Below, piece after piece: positions 34,114 to 45,577 of a stretch of DNA of 64,000 nucleotides. The stretch is from Clostridia bacterium (lineage in GTDB: Bacteria > Bacillota > Clostridia > Christensenellales > CAG-138). The translations under genes and the position numbers were made by a program. The notes below the pieces were generated by a model that saw only the letters and a program-made list of their open reading frames with translations, was not told where the DNA came from and ran no database searches. The stretch spans positions 16,640-80,639 of the forward strand of contig JAFSEB010000032.1 of the NCBI GenBank assembly GCA_017435905.1. The letters are read 5' to 3'. Position 1 is the first letter of the stretch, and each line of letters starts with the position of its first letter.

Positions 34114-36825
34114 TCAGTTCTGAAGCTGGGCAAGGCGGGCTTCCTGCTTGGCAAGAAGTGCCTTTGCGTTTTCAAGCTTCTGCCGCTCCTCGGCAATGAC
34201 ACGCTCCGGCGCCTTTGCCACGAAGCCGGCGTTGTTGAGCTTGCCTTCCGCACGGGCGATGTCGCCCTTGGTCTTGGCGATCTCCTTGTTCATGCGCTCG
34301 ATCTCTTTTTCAAGATCCACAAGGTCGGTAAGCGGAATGAAGGCTTCCGCCAGCTGTGCCACGACGGAAACGGCGTTTTCCGGGATGCCGGTCTTATCAA
34401 GCTGCACCAGCACCTCGTTGGCACCGCCAAGCTTCATGACATAGGGAGAGGCTTCCTTCATGGCGGCGGCATCGTTCTCGTGGGTCACGAGGGTGATGGA
34501 AACACGCTTTGCCGGAGGCACATTCATCTCCGCACGCACGTTGCGGATCGCACGGATGAGCTCCATCACGCACTCCATGGTGGCGGCTTCCTGCGGGAAC
34601 TCGAAGGTTTCCTCATACTTGGGCCACGCCGCACGCATGATGGTCTCCTCTGCGCCGGGCAGGTTCAGGTAAAGCTCTTCCGTGATGAAGGGCATGAAGG
34701 GATGCAGCAGCTTCATGGCATCGCCGAGCACCTTCACAAGGATGGCACGCACGTTGGCTTTGGCAGCGGCGTCATCCGCATAAAGGCGGGGCTTCGCCAT
34801 TTCGATGTACCAATCGCAGAACTCGGTCCAGATGAAATCGTAGATCTTCTGGGCGGCAAGGTTCAGGTCGTAGGAATCGAGGTTGCCGGTGACTTCCCTG
34901 GTGACGGTGTTCAGACGGTGGAGGATCCACTTGTCCGCCATATCAAGGGCGGCCATATCGATCTCACCCACTTCGCCGTCAAGGTTCATCATCACGAAAC
35001 GGGCTGCGTTGTAGACCTTGTTGCAGAAGTTGCGGGCAGCTTCCACCTTTTTGGTGTAGAAGCGCATATCGTTGCCGGCGCTGTTGCCCGTCACAAGGCT
35101 GAAGCGCAGAGAGTCGGCGCCGTATTCCTCGATGACCTCGAGGGGATCGATGCCGTTGCCGAGGGACTTGGACATCTTCCTGCCAAGCTCATCTCGCACG
35201 ATGCCGTGGATGTATACGGTATCAAAGGGCACCTTGCCGGTATACTCCAGAGCGGAGAAGATCATGCGGCTTACCCAGAAGCCGATGATGTCGTAGCCGG
35301 TAACAAGGGTGTTGGTGGGATAGAAGTACTTGAGGTCCTCCGCATTTTCGTCGGGCCAGCCGAGGGTGCTGAAGGGCCAAAGGGCGGAAGAGAACCAGGT
35401 ATCGAGGGTATCGGGATCCTGCGCAAGGTTCTTGCTGCCGCACTTGGGGCAGGCAGAGGGCGCTTCCTTGGCAACGACGGTCTCGCCGCAATCCGCACAG
35501 TACCACGCCGGGATCTGGTGACCCCACCAAAGCTGGCGGCTGATGCACCAGTCACGGGTGTTCTTCATCCAGTTCATGTAGGTCTTGGTGAAGCGCTCCG
35601 GCACGAACTTGATCTCGCCCTTTTCCACGCACTCGATGGCAGGACCTGCAAGGGGCTCCATCTTCACGAACCACTGCTTGGAGATCATGGGCTCGATGGT
35701 GGTATGACAGCGGTAGCAGGTGCCGACCTCGTGCTTGAGGGGTTCCACCTTCTTGAGGTAACCGCCTGCTTCAAGGTCTGCCACGATAGCTTTCCTTGCT
35801 TCCTTGGCGCTCATGCCGGCATACTTGCCGCAATCGAGCACTTCGGGCTCGCCCACGGTGGCACGGCCGCTGCGGAACAGCTCATCCGCCGCTTCCTTAT
35901 CGGCAGCGCCGGTCATGAAGCCGTCATAAGTGAACACACGCACAAGGGGCAGATCGTGACGCTGACCGACCTCGAAGTCGTTGGGGTCGTGGGCAGGGGT
36001 GATCTTCACAACGCCGGTGCCCTTTTCCATATCCGCATGGGGGTCACAGACGATGGGGATCTCCTTATTGATGAGCGGGATCACCGCATGGCAGCCGTGG
36101 AGGTGCGCATAGCGGGGGTCTTCCGCATTGATGGCAACGGCGGTATCGCCCAGCATGGTCTCGGGGCGAGTGGTGGCAAGCTGCAGCATCTCGCCGGTCT
36201 CCTTCACAGGGTAAAGGATGTGCCAGAAGTTGCCGTCCTGCTCTTCGTGCTCCACTTCCGCATCGGAGATGGAGGTGTTGCAGTAGGGACACCAGTTTAC
36301 AAGGCGGTTGCCGCGGTAGATCTTGCCTTCGTTATAAAGGCGCACGAACACTTCCTTGACGGCATCGGAGCAGCCTTCATCCAGGGTGAAGCGTTCACGC
36401 TCCCAGTCGCAGCTGGAGCCAAGCTTGCGCAGCTGGCGCACGATGCGGCTGCCGTAGGTGTTCTTCCAATCCCACGCACGCGCAAGGAAGCCGTCACGGC
36501 CGAGCATTTCCTTGGTAAGACCGTCCTTTGCCATGGCTTCCACCACCTTCGCTTCCGTGGCGATGGAGGCATGGTCGGTGCCGGGGAGCCACAGGGCTTC
36601 AAAGCCCGCCATGCGCTTATAGCGGATGAGGGCATCCTGCAGCGTTTCATCAAGGGCATGACCCATATGGAGCTGACCGGTGATGTTCGGCGGGGGGATC
36701 ACGATGGTATACGGCGTTTTGCCGGAATTGGCGGTTGCATGGAAATAGCCTTTGCTTTCCCAGTTTTCATAGTGCTTCGTTTCCACTGTGCTGTGGTCGT
36801 AAGCCTTGGGCATTTCCCTTGTCAT
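34114..36825 (-). CDS. valS: Valine-tRNA ligase
   Basis: 903 aa with PPPNITGQLHMGHA (HIGH), KMSKS and a C-terminal coiled coil. It is preceded by a T-box leader with a GUC specifier. Confidence 0.97.
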   Translation of the reverse strand: MTREMPKAYDHSTVETKHYENWESKGYFHATANSGKTPYTIVIPPPNITGQLHMGHALDETLQDALIRYKRMAGFEALWLPGTDHASIATEAKVVEAMAKDGLTKEMLGRDGFLARAWDWKNTYGSRIVRQLRKLGSSCDWERERFTLDEGCSDAVKEVFVRLYNEGKIYRGNRLVNWCPYCNTSISDAEVEHEEQDGNFWHILYPVKETGEMLQLATTRPETMLGDTAVAINAEDPRYAHLHGCHAVIPLINKEIPIVCDPHADMEKGTGVVKITPAHDPNDFEVGQRHDLPLVRVFTYDGFMTGAADKEAADELFRSGRATVGEPEVLDCGKYAGMSAKEARKAIVADLEAGGYLKKVEPLKHEVGTCYRCHTTIEPMISKQWFVKMEPLAGPAIECVEKGEIKFVPERFTKTYMNWMKNTRDWCISRQLWWGHQIPAWYCADCGETVVAKEAPSACPKCGSKNLAQDPDTLDTWFSSALWPFSTLGWPDENAEDLKYFYPTNTLVTGYDIIGFWVSRMIFSALEYTGKVPFDTVYIHGIVRDELGRKMSKSLGNGIDPLEVIEEYGADSLRFSLVTGNSAGNDMRFYTKKVEAARNFCNKVYNAARFVMMNLDGEVGEIDMAALDMADKWILHRLNTVTREVTGNLDSYDLNLAAQKIYDFIWTEFCDWYIEMAKPRLYADDAAAKANVRAILVKVLGDAMKLLHPFMPFITEELYLNLPGAEETIMRAAWPKYEETFEFPQEAATMECVMELIRAIRNVRAEMNVPPAKRVSITLVTHENDAAAMKEASPYVMKLGGANEVLVQLDKTGIPENAVSVVAQLAEAFIPLTDLVDLEKEIERMNKEIAKTKGDIARAEGKLNNAGFVAKAPERVIAEERQKLENAKALLAKQEARLAQLQN

Positions 36826-36880
36826 GGGTGTTTCCTCCTTGTTCGATTCTATCGTTTCATTAAAATTGGTTCACGGGAAT

Positions 36881-37137
36881 AAAAAAGAGCACATCATCCT
36901 CAAAGGACGAAATGCTCGCGGTACCACCTTTGTTGAGAAAAGCGGATGCTTTTCCCCACCTCAAGCGCCTTAACGCAGCGCATACGTTTCCGCTTACCAC
37001 CCCGAAAAGGGCTTCTGCGAAAATGCTCCGAAGCGACCTTCCGCAGCCTTCCGCCAGGCGCCCTTGCAGCCGATGGGGCACCCTCTCTGTTGCGGAGGAG
37101 ATGCGTACTCCTCTTCTTCAACGCAGATTTCCAGTTA
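36881..37137 (-). promoter_or_regulatory. T-box riboswitch leader of valS with specifier GUC (Val)
   Basis: On the minus strand: GCGUUGAAGAAGAGGAGUA start; AGAGAGGG..GGCUGCAAG distal region; GAA-G-GUC-G specifier loop (GUC at 37035-37037); T-box core GGUGGUACCGCG; terminator GAGCA..UGCUC-U6. Confidence 0.9.
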
Positions 37138-37143
37138 TAGTTT

Positions 37144-37172
37144 AGTTTACGTGGTTTTTGCGGCTTTGTCAA
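37144..37172 (-). promoter_or_regulatory. Sigma-A-type promoter of the valS leader
   Basis: On the minus strand: TTGACA (37167-37172), a 17-nt spacer, then TAAACT (37144-37149). Confidence 0.6.
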
Positions 37173-37219
37173 GAGGGGGCATATCCCGTTCCTTCCTCCG
37201 GACGCTCCCCCGAACCCTC

Positions 37220-37248
37220 TTGACGGTCATTTGACCGTATGTTATACT
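37220..37248 (+). promoter_or_regulatory. Sigma-A-type promoter of the DUF1836-NfeD-flotillin operon
   Basis: TTGACG (37220-37225), a 17-nt spacer, then TATACT (37243-37248). Confidence 0.6.
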
Positions 37249-37275
37249 ATAGACAAAGAAACGAAGGAGGTCCGC

Positions 37276-37824
37276 ATGATCGCTTTCCTTCCGGGTTCCA
37301 CCGTGGAGGCGGAACTTTCCCGAAAAAATGCGGCGGAAAACCTGCTGGCACCCATGTTCATACCGGGCGGTCTGGTGCTTTCGCAGGTGTCCGAGATCAC
37401 AGGCCTTGCACCCCACACCGTGCAGAACTGGGTGAAACGGGGCTTTGTCTCGCCGCCGAAAAACAAGCGCTATTCCCGTGAACAGCTTTCAAGGCTGCTC
37501 ATCATCAATGCGCTGAAGGATTCTTTGCAGATCGAACACATCATTGCCTTGTGCGCCCACGCCGGTGCGCACCTTGGCACGGCAGGCGTCAGCGATGCGG
37601 AGCTTTACTGCCGCTTTGTAGATGTGCTCGGCGCCCTTGGCACGGGAGTTCCTGCGCAGGGGGCGATGCGCACAGCCATAGAACAGGCGCTCGGCGATTT
37701 CAAAGAGCCCTATACCGGTGCGAAAGCCCGGCTGACCAACGTGCTTGAGATCATGCTGCTTGCCTACAGCGCATCACGTCTTCATCAAAACGCACAGCGC
37801 ATGCTCAAAGCGCTGGATCTTTAA
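37276..37824 (+). CDS. DUF1836-like HTH protein
   Basis: 182 aa from the internal ATG, with AAGGAGG 7 nt upstream. The segment ..SQVSEITG....TVQNWVKRGF..PP..KRYSREQL..LL.I..LK is as in DUF1836 proteins. Confidence 0.7.
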   Translation: MIAFLPGSTVEAELSRKNAAENLLAPMFIPGGLVLSQVSEITGLAPHTVQNWVKRGFVSPPKNKRYSREQLSRLLIINALKDSLQIEHIIALCAHAGAHLGTAGVSDAELYCRFVDVLGALGTGVPAQGAMRTAIEQALGDFKEPYTGAKARLTNVLEIMLLAYSASRLHQNAQRMLKALDL

Positions 37825-37853
37825 TTGCAGGTTTATAAAGGGGGAAACATAAT

Positions 37854-38522
37854 ATGCTTGCATGGTGGGAATCACTCGATGCCCTTGCCCGTGGATTTGC
37901 GTTCGTGGCCATTCCGGCAACGGCGCTGCTCATCATTCAGACCGTACTGACGCTGCTTGGTCTTGGCCACGGTGCGGATGGAGATGTGGACGTAGATGTG
38001 GACGTGGATGCCGATGCGTCATTTGACCTTGACGGCGGCGACCTGCCGGATGTTCCCGATCTTGATGCGGATGCCGACCTGCCCGATGCCCACGGCGATA
38101 CCGGCTTTGGCGACGGGCTGCAGCTCTTTTCTTTGCGGGGCATCATCGCCCTGTTTGCGGTGGGCGGCTGGGCAGGCATCGCCTTCCTTGAAAACGGAAT
38201 GGCGCCCGTGCCTGCGGTAATCCTTGCGGTGCTTTCCGGCGCAGCGGCCATGCTGGCAACGGCGCTGATCCTCAAAAGCTTCTTAAAGCTGCAGTATAAC
38301 GGCACCCTTGATATCAAAAACGCCGTGGGGCTTTCCGGTACCGTGTACCTTACCGTTCCGGCAAAAAGAGCATCCGCCGGTAAGGTAACGCTGCTGCTGC
38401 AGGAACAGCTGGCGGAATTTGAAGCGGTGACCGATGCGGAGGAACCCATCAGGACCGGGGCGGAAGTCACGGTGGTGGGCATTTCCGGAAAAACGGTGCT
38501 GATCGTGCAGCCCAAGTGCTGA
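37854..38522 (+). CDS. NfeD-like membrane protein
   Basis: 222 aa with N-terminal TM helices, an acidic DVDVDVDVD linker and a C-terminal OB-like segment (G..G.V...........G.V.......). It lies directly upstream of the flotillin gene. Confidence 0.75.
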   Translation: MLAWWESLDALARGFAFVAIPATALLIIQTVLTLLGLGHGADGDVDVDVDVDADASFDLDGGDLPDVPDLDADADLPDAHGDTGFGDGLQLFSLRGIIALFAVGGWAGIAFLENGMAPVPAVILAVLSGAAAMLATALILKSFLKLQYNGTLDIKNAVGLSGTVYLTVPAKRASAGKVTLLLQEQLAEFEAVTDAEEPIRTGAEVTVVGISGKTVLIVQPKC

Positions 38523-38574
38523 GCGGTCGTTCACATAAACCCCATATATCGATTTTAAGGAGGTAATCAAACAA

Positions 38575-39948
38575 ATGGGAGAGATCATTGCTGTTGTTGT
38601 CGTTGTGGTGCTGCTTTTTTCGCTGCTGCTGGTGCTGCTGACACGCTACAAGAAGTGCCCTTCGGATAAGATCATGGTCATTTACGGTCAGGTTGGCCGC
38701 AACAAGGATGGCACGAGCAAATCCTCCATCTGTATCCACGGCGGCGCCGCCTTCGTTTGGCCCCTTGTACAGGCTTACCAGTTCCTTGACCTGACCCCCA
38801 TGTCCATTCAGGTGGACCTTGTGAACGCCCTGTCCCGTCAGAACATCCGCATCGATGTACCGTCCCGTTTCACGGTGGGTATCTCCACGGAGCTTGGCGT
38901 GATGCAGAATGCGGCAGAGCGCCTTCTTGGGCTGAACCTCACCTCCATTCAGGAGCTTGCGAAGGATATCATCTTCGGTCAGCTGCGCCTCATCGTTGCA
39001 ACGATGGACATCGAGGAGATCAACACCGACCGTGACAAGTTCCTTGAGGCCGTTTCCCGCAACGTGGAGACCGAACTCAAGAAGATCGGTCTTCGCCTGA
39101 TCAACGTGAACGTGACGGACATCAGCGATGAATCCGGCTACATCACCGCCCTCGGCCGTGAAGCCGCCGCAAAAGCCATCAACGATGCGAAGAAGTCCGT
39201 TGCGGAAAAGGAACGTGACGGTTCCATCGGCGAAGCCAACGCCAACATGGATCAGCGCATCAAGGTGGCGCAGGCCAACTCCACCGCCATTCAGGGCGAA
39301 AACGATGCCCGTATCGAAGTGACCCGTTCCAACGCCAAGCTGCGTGAGCAGGAGGCGGAAGCACAGCGTATTGCCATTGCAGCGGAAAAGGTGCAGGCAG
39401 CAAAGGCGCTTGAGGAATCCTACGCCGCCGAGCGTGCTGCGGAAGAAGCCCGTGCCGCCCGTGAAAAGGCCACCCTTGAAGCGGATATCATCGTGAAAAC
39501 GGAAGTGGAAAAGCGCCGCATGGAACTGGAAGCGGAAGCCATTGCAGAGCAGATCCGCCGCAAGGCACGCGGTGAAGCGGACGCCATCTACATGCGTATG
39601 GAAGCGGAAGCCCGGGGTGCGCAGGAAATGCTCATCAAGCAGGCGGAAGGCTTCACGCAGGTGGTCGCCGCCGCAGCCGGCAGCCCCACGGACGCCCTGC
39701 GCCTGATGCTTGCAGACAAGATGGAAGAGCTGATGAAGATCCAGGTGGAAGCCATCAAGAACATCAAGATCGACAAGGTCACCGTTTGGGACGGCAACGG
39801 CAGCGGCGAAAAGACCGCCACCGCCAACTTCATCTCCGGCATTGCCAAGAGCGTGCCGCCCATGCAGGAGCTTTTCGATATGGCAGGCATGCAGCTGCCC
39901 AACTACCTTGGCACCCCCAAGGCGGAAGAGGAAGCACCCGAAGCATAA
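38575..39948 (+). CDS. Flotillin-like SPFH/Band-7 protein
   Basis: 457 aa with an N-terminal hairpin TM, an SPFH domain and a long EA-rich coiled coil. AAGGAGG RBS. Confidence 0.9.
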   Translation: MGEIIAVVVVVVLLFSLLLVLLTRYKKCPSDKIMVIYGQVGRNKDGTSKSSICIHGGAAFVWPLVQAYQFLDLTPMSIQVDLVNALSRQNIRIDVPSRFTVGISTELGVMQNAAERLLGLNLTSIQELAKDIIFGQLRLIVATMDIEEINTDRDKFLEAVSRNVETELKKIGLRLINVNVTDISDESGYITALGREAAAKAINDAKKSVAEKERDGSIGEANANMDQRIKVAQANSTAIQGENDARIEVTRSNAKLREQEAEAQRIAIAAEKVQAAKALEESYAAERAAEEARAAREKATLEADIIVKTEVEKRRMELEAEAIAEQIRRKARGEADAIYMRMEAEARGAQEMLIKQAEGFTQVVAAAAGSPTDALRLMLADKMEELMKIQVEAIKNIKIDKVTVWDGNGSGEKTATANFISGIAKSVPPMQELFDMAGMQLPNYLGTPKAEEEAPEA

Positions 39949-40016
39949 AACAAAAAGTTGCAAAAACAGGCAGCCTAATTCTTATAATTGTCTAACTTTT
40001 GGGGTTCCCTTCAAAT

Positions 40017-40045
40017 AAAAAAGCACCCATTTGGGTGCTTTTTTA
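40017..40045. terminator. Bidirectional hairpin terminator
   Basis: A6-GCACCCA..TGGGTGC-T6. Confidence 0.75.
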
Positions 40046-40047
40046 TT

Positions 40048-40124
40048 TGGTGGGGATGGAGGGGCTCGAACCCCCGACCTCTTCGATGTGAGCGAAGCGC
40101 TCTAACCAGCTGGGCTACATCCCC
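40048..40124 (-). tRNA. tRNA-Val (anticodon CAC)
   Basis: The minus strand reads GGGGATG-TA-GCCC..GAGC-G-CTTCG-CTCACAT-CGAAG-AGGTC-GGGGG-TTCGAGC-CCCTC-CATCCCC-A-CCA, a 77-nt cloverleaf with all four stems pairing. Confidence 0.92.
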
Positions 40125-40179
40125 GTAGCGACGAGAAGTATTATACTACACCCCGCCGGAATTTGCAATATGGAATTTT

Positions 40180-41031
40180 TTAATCCTTCGGATGGGCGTT
40201 GCGGTAATAGTGTGCCGCCTCAAGGGGATAGCCCTTTGCCGCAAACAGTTCCGTGACCGTCACAAGCTGGTAGCCCTCTGCGATCAGCTCCGGAACGATC
40301 ACCTCCACCGCCGCAGCGGTAGCATCGTAAAGGTCATGCATAAGGATGATGCTGCCGTCCTGCACATCCTTGCGGATGGCTTTCAGGGTCTTATCCGTGT
40401 CACGGTGATCCCAGTCAAGGGTATCGATGGACCACATGATCATCGGGTATTCCATGTATTTCTTCACATGTTCATCCTTGATGCCGGCGCCGTAGGGGTT
40501 GCGCACAAGGGTGACCTTTTTGCCGGTGGCGTTCAAAACAAGTTCGTTGACGCTGTTGATCTGATACCGGATCTCATCGCCTGATATTTTGGTGAGGTTG
40601 GCATGATCGTAGGTATGGTTGCCGATCTCACAGCCAAGGTCGCTCGCTCTCTTTGTGATCTCCGGGAACTTTTCAAGCTGCGTTCCCACCACAAAGAACG
40701 TTGCCCTTCCCCCGTTCGCTTCAAGGCAATCGAGGATGCGCTCCGTCTTCCTGCTGGGGCCGTCGTCAAAGGTGAGCGCCACCATGGGCTTTGTGGGGTC
40801 AAGATCCGCCGGCAGTTCGGGGATGCCGCCGGGAAGGGCGGTCGTCGCAGGTGCAGGCGTGGGCGTGATCTCCGGCGTTGGGGTGGGCGTAAGCCGGGGT
40901 GTCGGCATGGGCGTAGGCGTGCATTCGATGTCGATGAGCGGCGCATCTGCCGTGTTTGCGGGCATGCAGCCGGGTAACAGCATCAAGCAGGCGGCGAGCA
41001 CAGCTGCCGCAGCGGAACGGATTCGCAGCAT
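40180..41031 (-). CDS. Polysaccharide deacetylase (NodB-type) lipoprotein
   Basis: 283 aa from MLRIRS. Lipobox LLPGC, a TP-rich linker, LTFDDGP and H.Y.H motifs. The track's longer ORF lacks an RBS. Confidence 0.88.
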   Translation of the reverse strand: MLRIRSAAAAVLAACLMLLPGCMPANTADAPLIDIECTPTPMPTPRLTPTPTPEITPTPAPATTALPGGIPELPADLDPTKPMVALTFDDGPSRKTERILDCLEANGGRATFFVVGTQLEKFPEITKRASDLGCEIGNHTYDHANLTKISGDEIRYQINSVNELVLNATGKKVTLVRNPYGAGIKDEHVKKYMEYPMIMWSIDTLDWDHRDTDKTLKAIRKDVQDGSIILMHDLYDATAAAVEVIVPELIAEGYQLVTVTELFAAKGYPLEAAHYYRNAHPKD

Positions 41032-41207
41032 ATATAAAACCTCGCGGATGAAAAAACAAATAATGGAAGCGGTTCTGCCAAACGCACAAAACCGACAGAT
41101 TTCTCTACTGATATTTATAATGCTATCCGTTTCCGTTCCGATAGTCAAGGGCGTTTTCGGCTGTTTACAAATAATTCTTCAGCCCTGTTTCAGAGATTCC
41201 GTTCGCC

Positions 41208-41236
41208 TTGCAATGCGCCGCCTTTTCCCCTATAAT
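41208..41236 (+). promoter_or_regulatory. Sigma-A-type promoter of queA-tgt
   Basis: TTGCAA (41208-41213), a 17-nt spacer, then TATAAT (41231-41236). Confidence 0.6.
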
Positions 41237-41305
41237 ATGGTTGAGATATTGTGGGGATTTATGCGCAGGATGACCGCCATGACCTTCCCCGAAAAGGAGC
41301 ATCCT

Positions 41306-43463
<2,158 letters not shown>

Positions 43464-43467
43464 GCCT

Positions 43468-43935
43468 ATGGAAACGCTGACACTTTACGGCCTTTCGGAA
43501 GCCTCCATGGAAGCGCTCGGTCATGCGCTGGGGCAGCGGCTTTTCCCCGGTGCGTTCCTTGCCTTCTTCGGCGACCTCGGCGCCGGCAAGACCACGCTGA
43601 CCCGTGCCCTTGCCGCTTCCCTCGGTATTGACGGCATTGCAAGCCCCACCTTTACCATCGTCCGTGAGCACGAAGGCACGCTTCCCCTTTTCCATTTTGA
43701 TGCGTACCGCCTCAGCGATGAGGATGAGCTTTTCGCCATCGGCTTTGACGATTATTTCACCCGCGGCGGCGTCATTGCCATGGAATGGTGTGAAAACGTG
43801 CCCGGTGCGCTGCCCAATGAGCGGCTTGAGCTGCACCTTAAGGGCAGCGGTGCAGAACATAGAACCCTTCGCCTTGAAGCAAAGGGCGCAGCCTATGAGA
43901 CCATTCTTGATGCTTTGGAGGGCTTTTCCAAATGA
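43468..43935 (+). CDS. tsaE: tRNA t6A biosynthesis ATPase TsaE
   Basis: 155 aa from METLTL with G.LGAGKTT, SPTF and H.D.YR motifs. Confidence 0.9.
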   Translation: METLTLYGLSEASMEALGHALGQRLFPGAFLAFFGDLGAGKTTLTRALAASLGIDGIASPTFTIVREHEGTLPLFHFDAYRLSDEDELFAIGFDDYFTRGGVIAMEWCENVPGALPNERLELHLKGSGAEHRTLRLEAKGAAYETILDALEGFSK

Positions 43936-44600
43936 TCCTTCTTGCACTTTCCACCTCCGGCAAAGCGGCTTGTGCCGCACTGATAAAGGACGGCGTCCTG
44001 ATCTCGCAGGCATTGCGTGATGAGGGGCGCACCCATTCGGAGACGGTCATGCCCCTTGCCGCTGCACTTTTGGCGGAGCAGGGCCTTTCTCCCATGGATG
44101 TGGATGTTTTTGCCGCAGATGTGGGACCCGGTTCCTTTACGGGCGTCCGCATCGGCGTATGTGCCGCCAACGCCATGGCAGCTGTGAAGGGCGTGCCCGT
44201 CATCGGCGTCAGTTCCCTTGCCGCCCTTGCTGAGCCCTTCATGGGTGAAGAACAGGCGGTCTGCGCCGTTCTTGACGCAAGAAACGGCAACGGCTATGCA
44301 GCCCTTTATGAAAACGGCAGCTGCACCGCAGCGCCTTCCGCCGTGGTTTTTGCGGAGTTTCTTCCCACCCTGCCCGAAAACACGCTGTTTGTGGGCGATG
44401 CCGCCATCATACAGCGAAAGCGGATCGAAGAAACGGTGCCCGGCGCACGCTTTGCCCCGGATGAAGCGCACCTTTTGACCGCCGCCCCCGTTGCAAGGGA
44501 AGCATGGCGGCTGCTTCAAAGGGGCGAGACCGCTTCGGAAGTGATGCCCCTTTACCTTCGCCCCACACATGCAGAACGGCTTTACAAGGAAAAGAAATGA
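43932..44600 (+). CDS. tsaB: tRNA t6A biosynthesis protein TsaB
   Basis: 222 aa with a YeaZ-like pattern (GPGSFTG.RIG). It overlaps tsaE by 4 nt. Confidence 0.88.
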   Translation: MILLALSTSGKAACAALIKDGVLISQALRDEGRTHSETVMPLAAALLAEQGLSPMDVDVFAADVGPGSFTGVRIGVCAANAMAAVKGVPVIGVSSLAALAEPFMGEEQAVCAVLDARNGNGYAALYENGSCTAAPSAVVFAEFLPTLPENTLFVGDAAIIQRKRIEETVPGARFAPDEAHLLTAAPVAREAWRLLQRGETASEVMPLYLRPTHAERLYKEKK

Positions 44601-45094
44601 TGGAAACGGAAATGAAGATCCTGTTTCGTCCCATGCAGCGGGGCGACCTTGACCGCATTGCAGAGCTTGAGCGCATCTGCTTTCGCACCCCATGGTCAAA
44701 GGCAGCCCTTGCAGGGGAACTGAAAAACGACATTGCCCACTACCTTGTGGGGGAGTGTGACGGCCGTGTGATCGCCTATGCAGGCATGTGGGTGATGTTT
44801 GATGAAGCCCACATCACCAACGTGGCCGTTGACCCTGCCTTCCGCCGCCACGGCATCGGAAGAAGGCTGATGCTTGCCATGATGCGCACTGCAAAGCTGT
44901 TCGGCGCAAGCCTGATGACCCTTGAGGTACGGGAAACGAACCACGGTGCGCAGGCCCTTTACTTTGGCCTTGATTTTGAGAATGCAGGGCGCCGCAAGCG
45001 CTATTATACCGATACCGGCGAAGATGCCTTCATCCTTTGGAATCATGATATCGGCTTGACACTTCAAAAACACGATGGTAGCATAACACTGTAA
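44597..45094 (+). CDS. rimI: Ribosomal-protein-alanine N-acetyltransferase (GNAT)
   Basis: ATGA overlap with tsaB. GNAT motif A (V.P..RR.GIG..L). It occupies the canonical tsaE-tsaB-rimI position. Confidence 0.85.
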   Translation: MMETEMKILFRPMQRGDLDRIAELERICFRTPWSKAALAGELKNDIAHYLVGECDGRVIAYAGMWVMFDEAHITNVAVDPAFRRHGIGRRLMLAMMRTAKLFGASLMTLEVRETNHGAQALYFGLDFENAGRRKRYYTDTGEDAFILWNHDIGLTLQKHDGSITL

Positions 45095-45156
45095 AAAGCA
45101 TACCCGCAGCGGAGCTGCTGCAAACAATAACCTTTAACCTGAAAGGAGTTTACACA

Positions 45157-45540
45157 ATGAAAGAGATCATCAACGCAACCAATGCGCCTGCCGCACTCGG
45201 CCCCTACAGCCACGCCGTTGCCATGGAAGGCATCGTATTCACCTCCGGTCAGCTGGGTGTTGACCCTTCTACCGGCAAGCTCGCCGAGGGTGTTGCCGCT
45301 CAGGCTGAGCAGGCACTCACCAACCTTGAAAACGTGCTTGAAGCTGCCGGCTCCTGCATGGCATGCGTTGTAAAGACCACCGTTTTCGTACAGGACCTTG
45401 CGGATTTCGGCACCGTGAACGCCATCTACGGCAAGCGCTTCGGTCAGGATTTCCCTGCCCGTTCCTGCGTACAGGTCGCTGCGCTTCCCGCCGGCGGTCT
45501 TGTTGAGATCGAAGCCATCGCCCTTCGCTGCAAGAAATAA
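45157..45540 (+). CDS. RidA/YjgF-family reactive-intermediate deaminase
   Basis: 127 aa with APAA.GPYS.A........SGQ and P.R..V.V..LP.G..VEI motifs. Confidence 0.92.
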   Translation: MKEIINATNAPAALGPYSHAVAMEGIVFTSGQLGVDPSTGKLAEGVAAQAEQALTNLENVLEAAGSCMACVVKTTVFVQDLADFGTVNAIYGKRFGQDFPARSCVQVAALPAGGLVEIEAIALRCKK

Positions 45541-45577
45541 GTATTTTCCGTTCCCAATACACCGATAAAGGAGTACC

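Noticed and set aside
34051-36882. 943-aa plus-strand ORF covering the whole valS locus.
   Set aside because: It is antisense to an unmistakable valine-tRNA ligase (HIGH, KMSKS, T-box leader). Its translation is Gly/His/Arg/Ala-rich with no recognisable domain.
37983-38018. Hexanucleotide-periodic GAYGTN tract encoding DVDVDVDVDAD in the NfeD-like protein, considered as a possible slipped-strand phase-variation site.
   Set aside because: The repeat units are not identical at the DNA level (GATGTG, GACGTA, GATGTG, GACGTG, GATGCC, GATGCG), so slippage is unlikely. It is more simply an acidic linker.
39958-39988. Promoter-like TTGCAA ... TATAAT just downstream of the flotillin gene, about 30 nt before a terminator. 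This raised the possibility of a tiny sRNA.
   Set aside because: The spacer is 19 nt, which is outside the usual 16-18 window. The putative transcript would be little more than the terminator hairpin shared with flotillin and tRNA-Val. There is no further support.
40619-41305. Upstream 229-codon extension of the queA ORF in the track.
   Set aside because: It runs antisense through the deacetylase gene and through the queA promoter (TTGCAA-17-TATAAT at 41208-41236). TTG at 41306 with AAAGGAG upstream yields the canonical [17 protein letters not shown] start.
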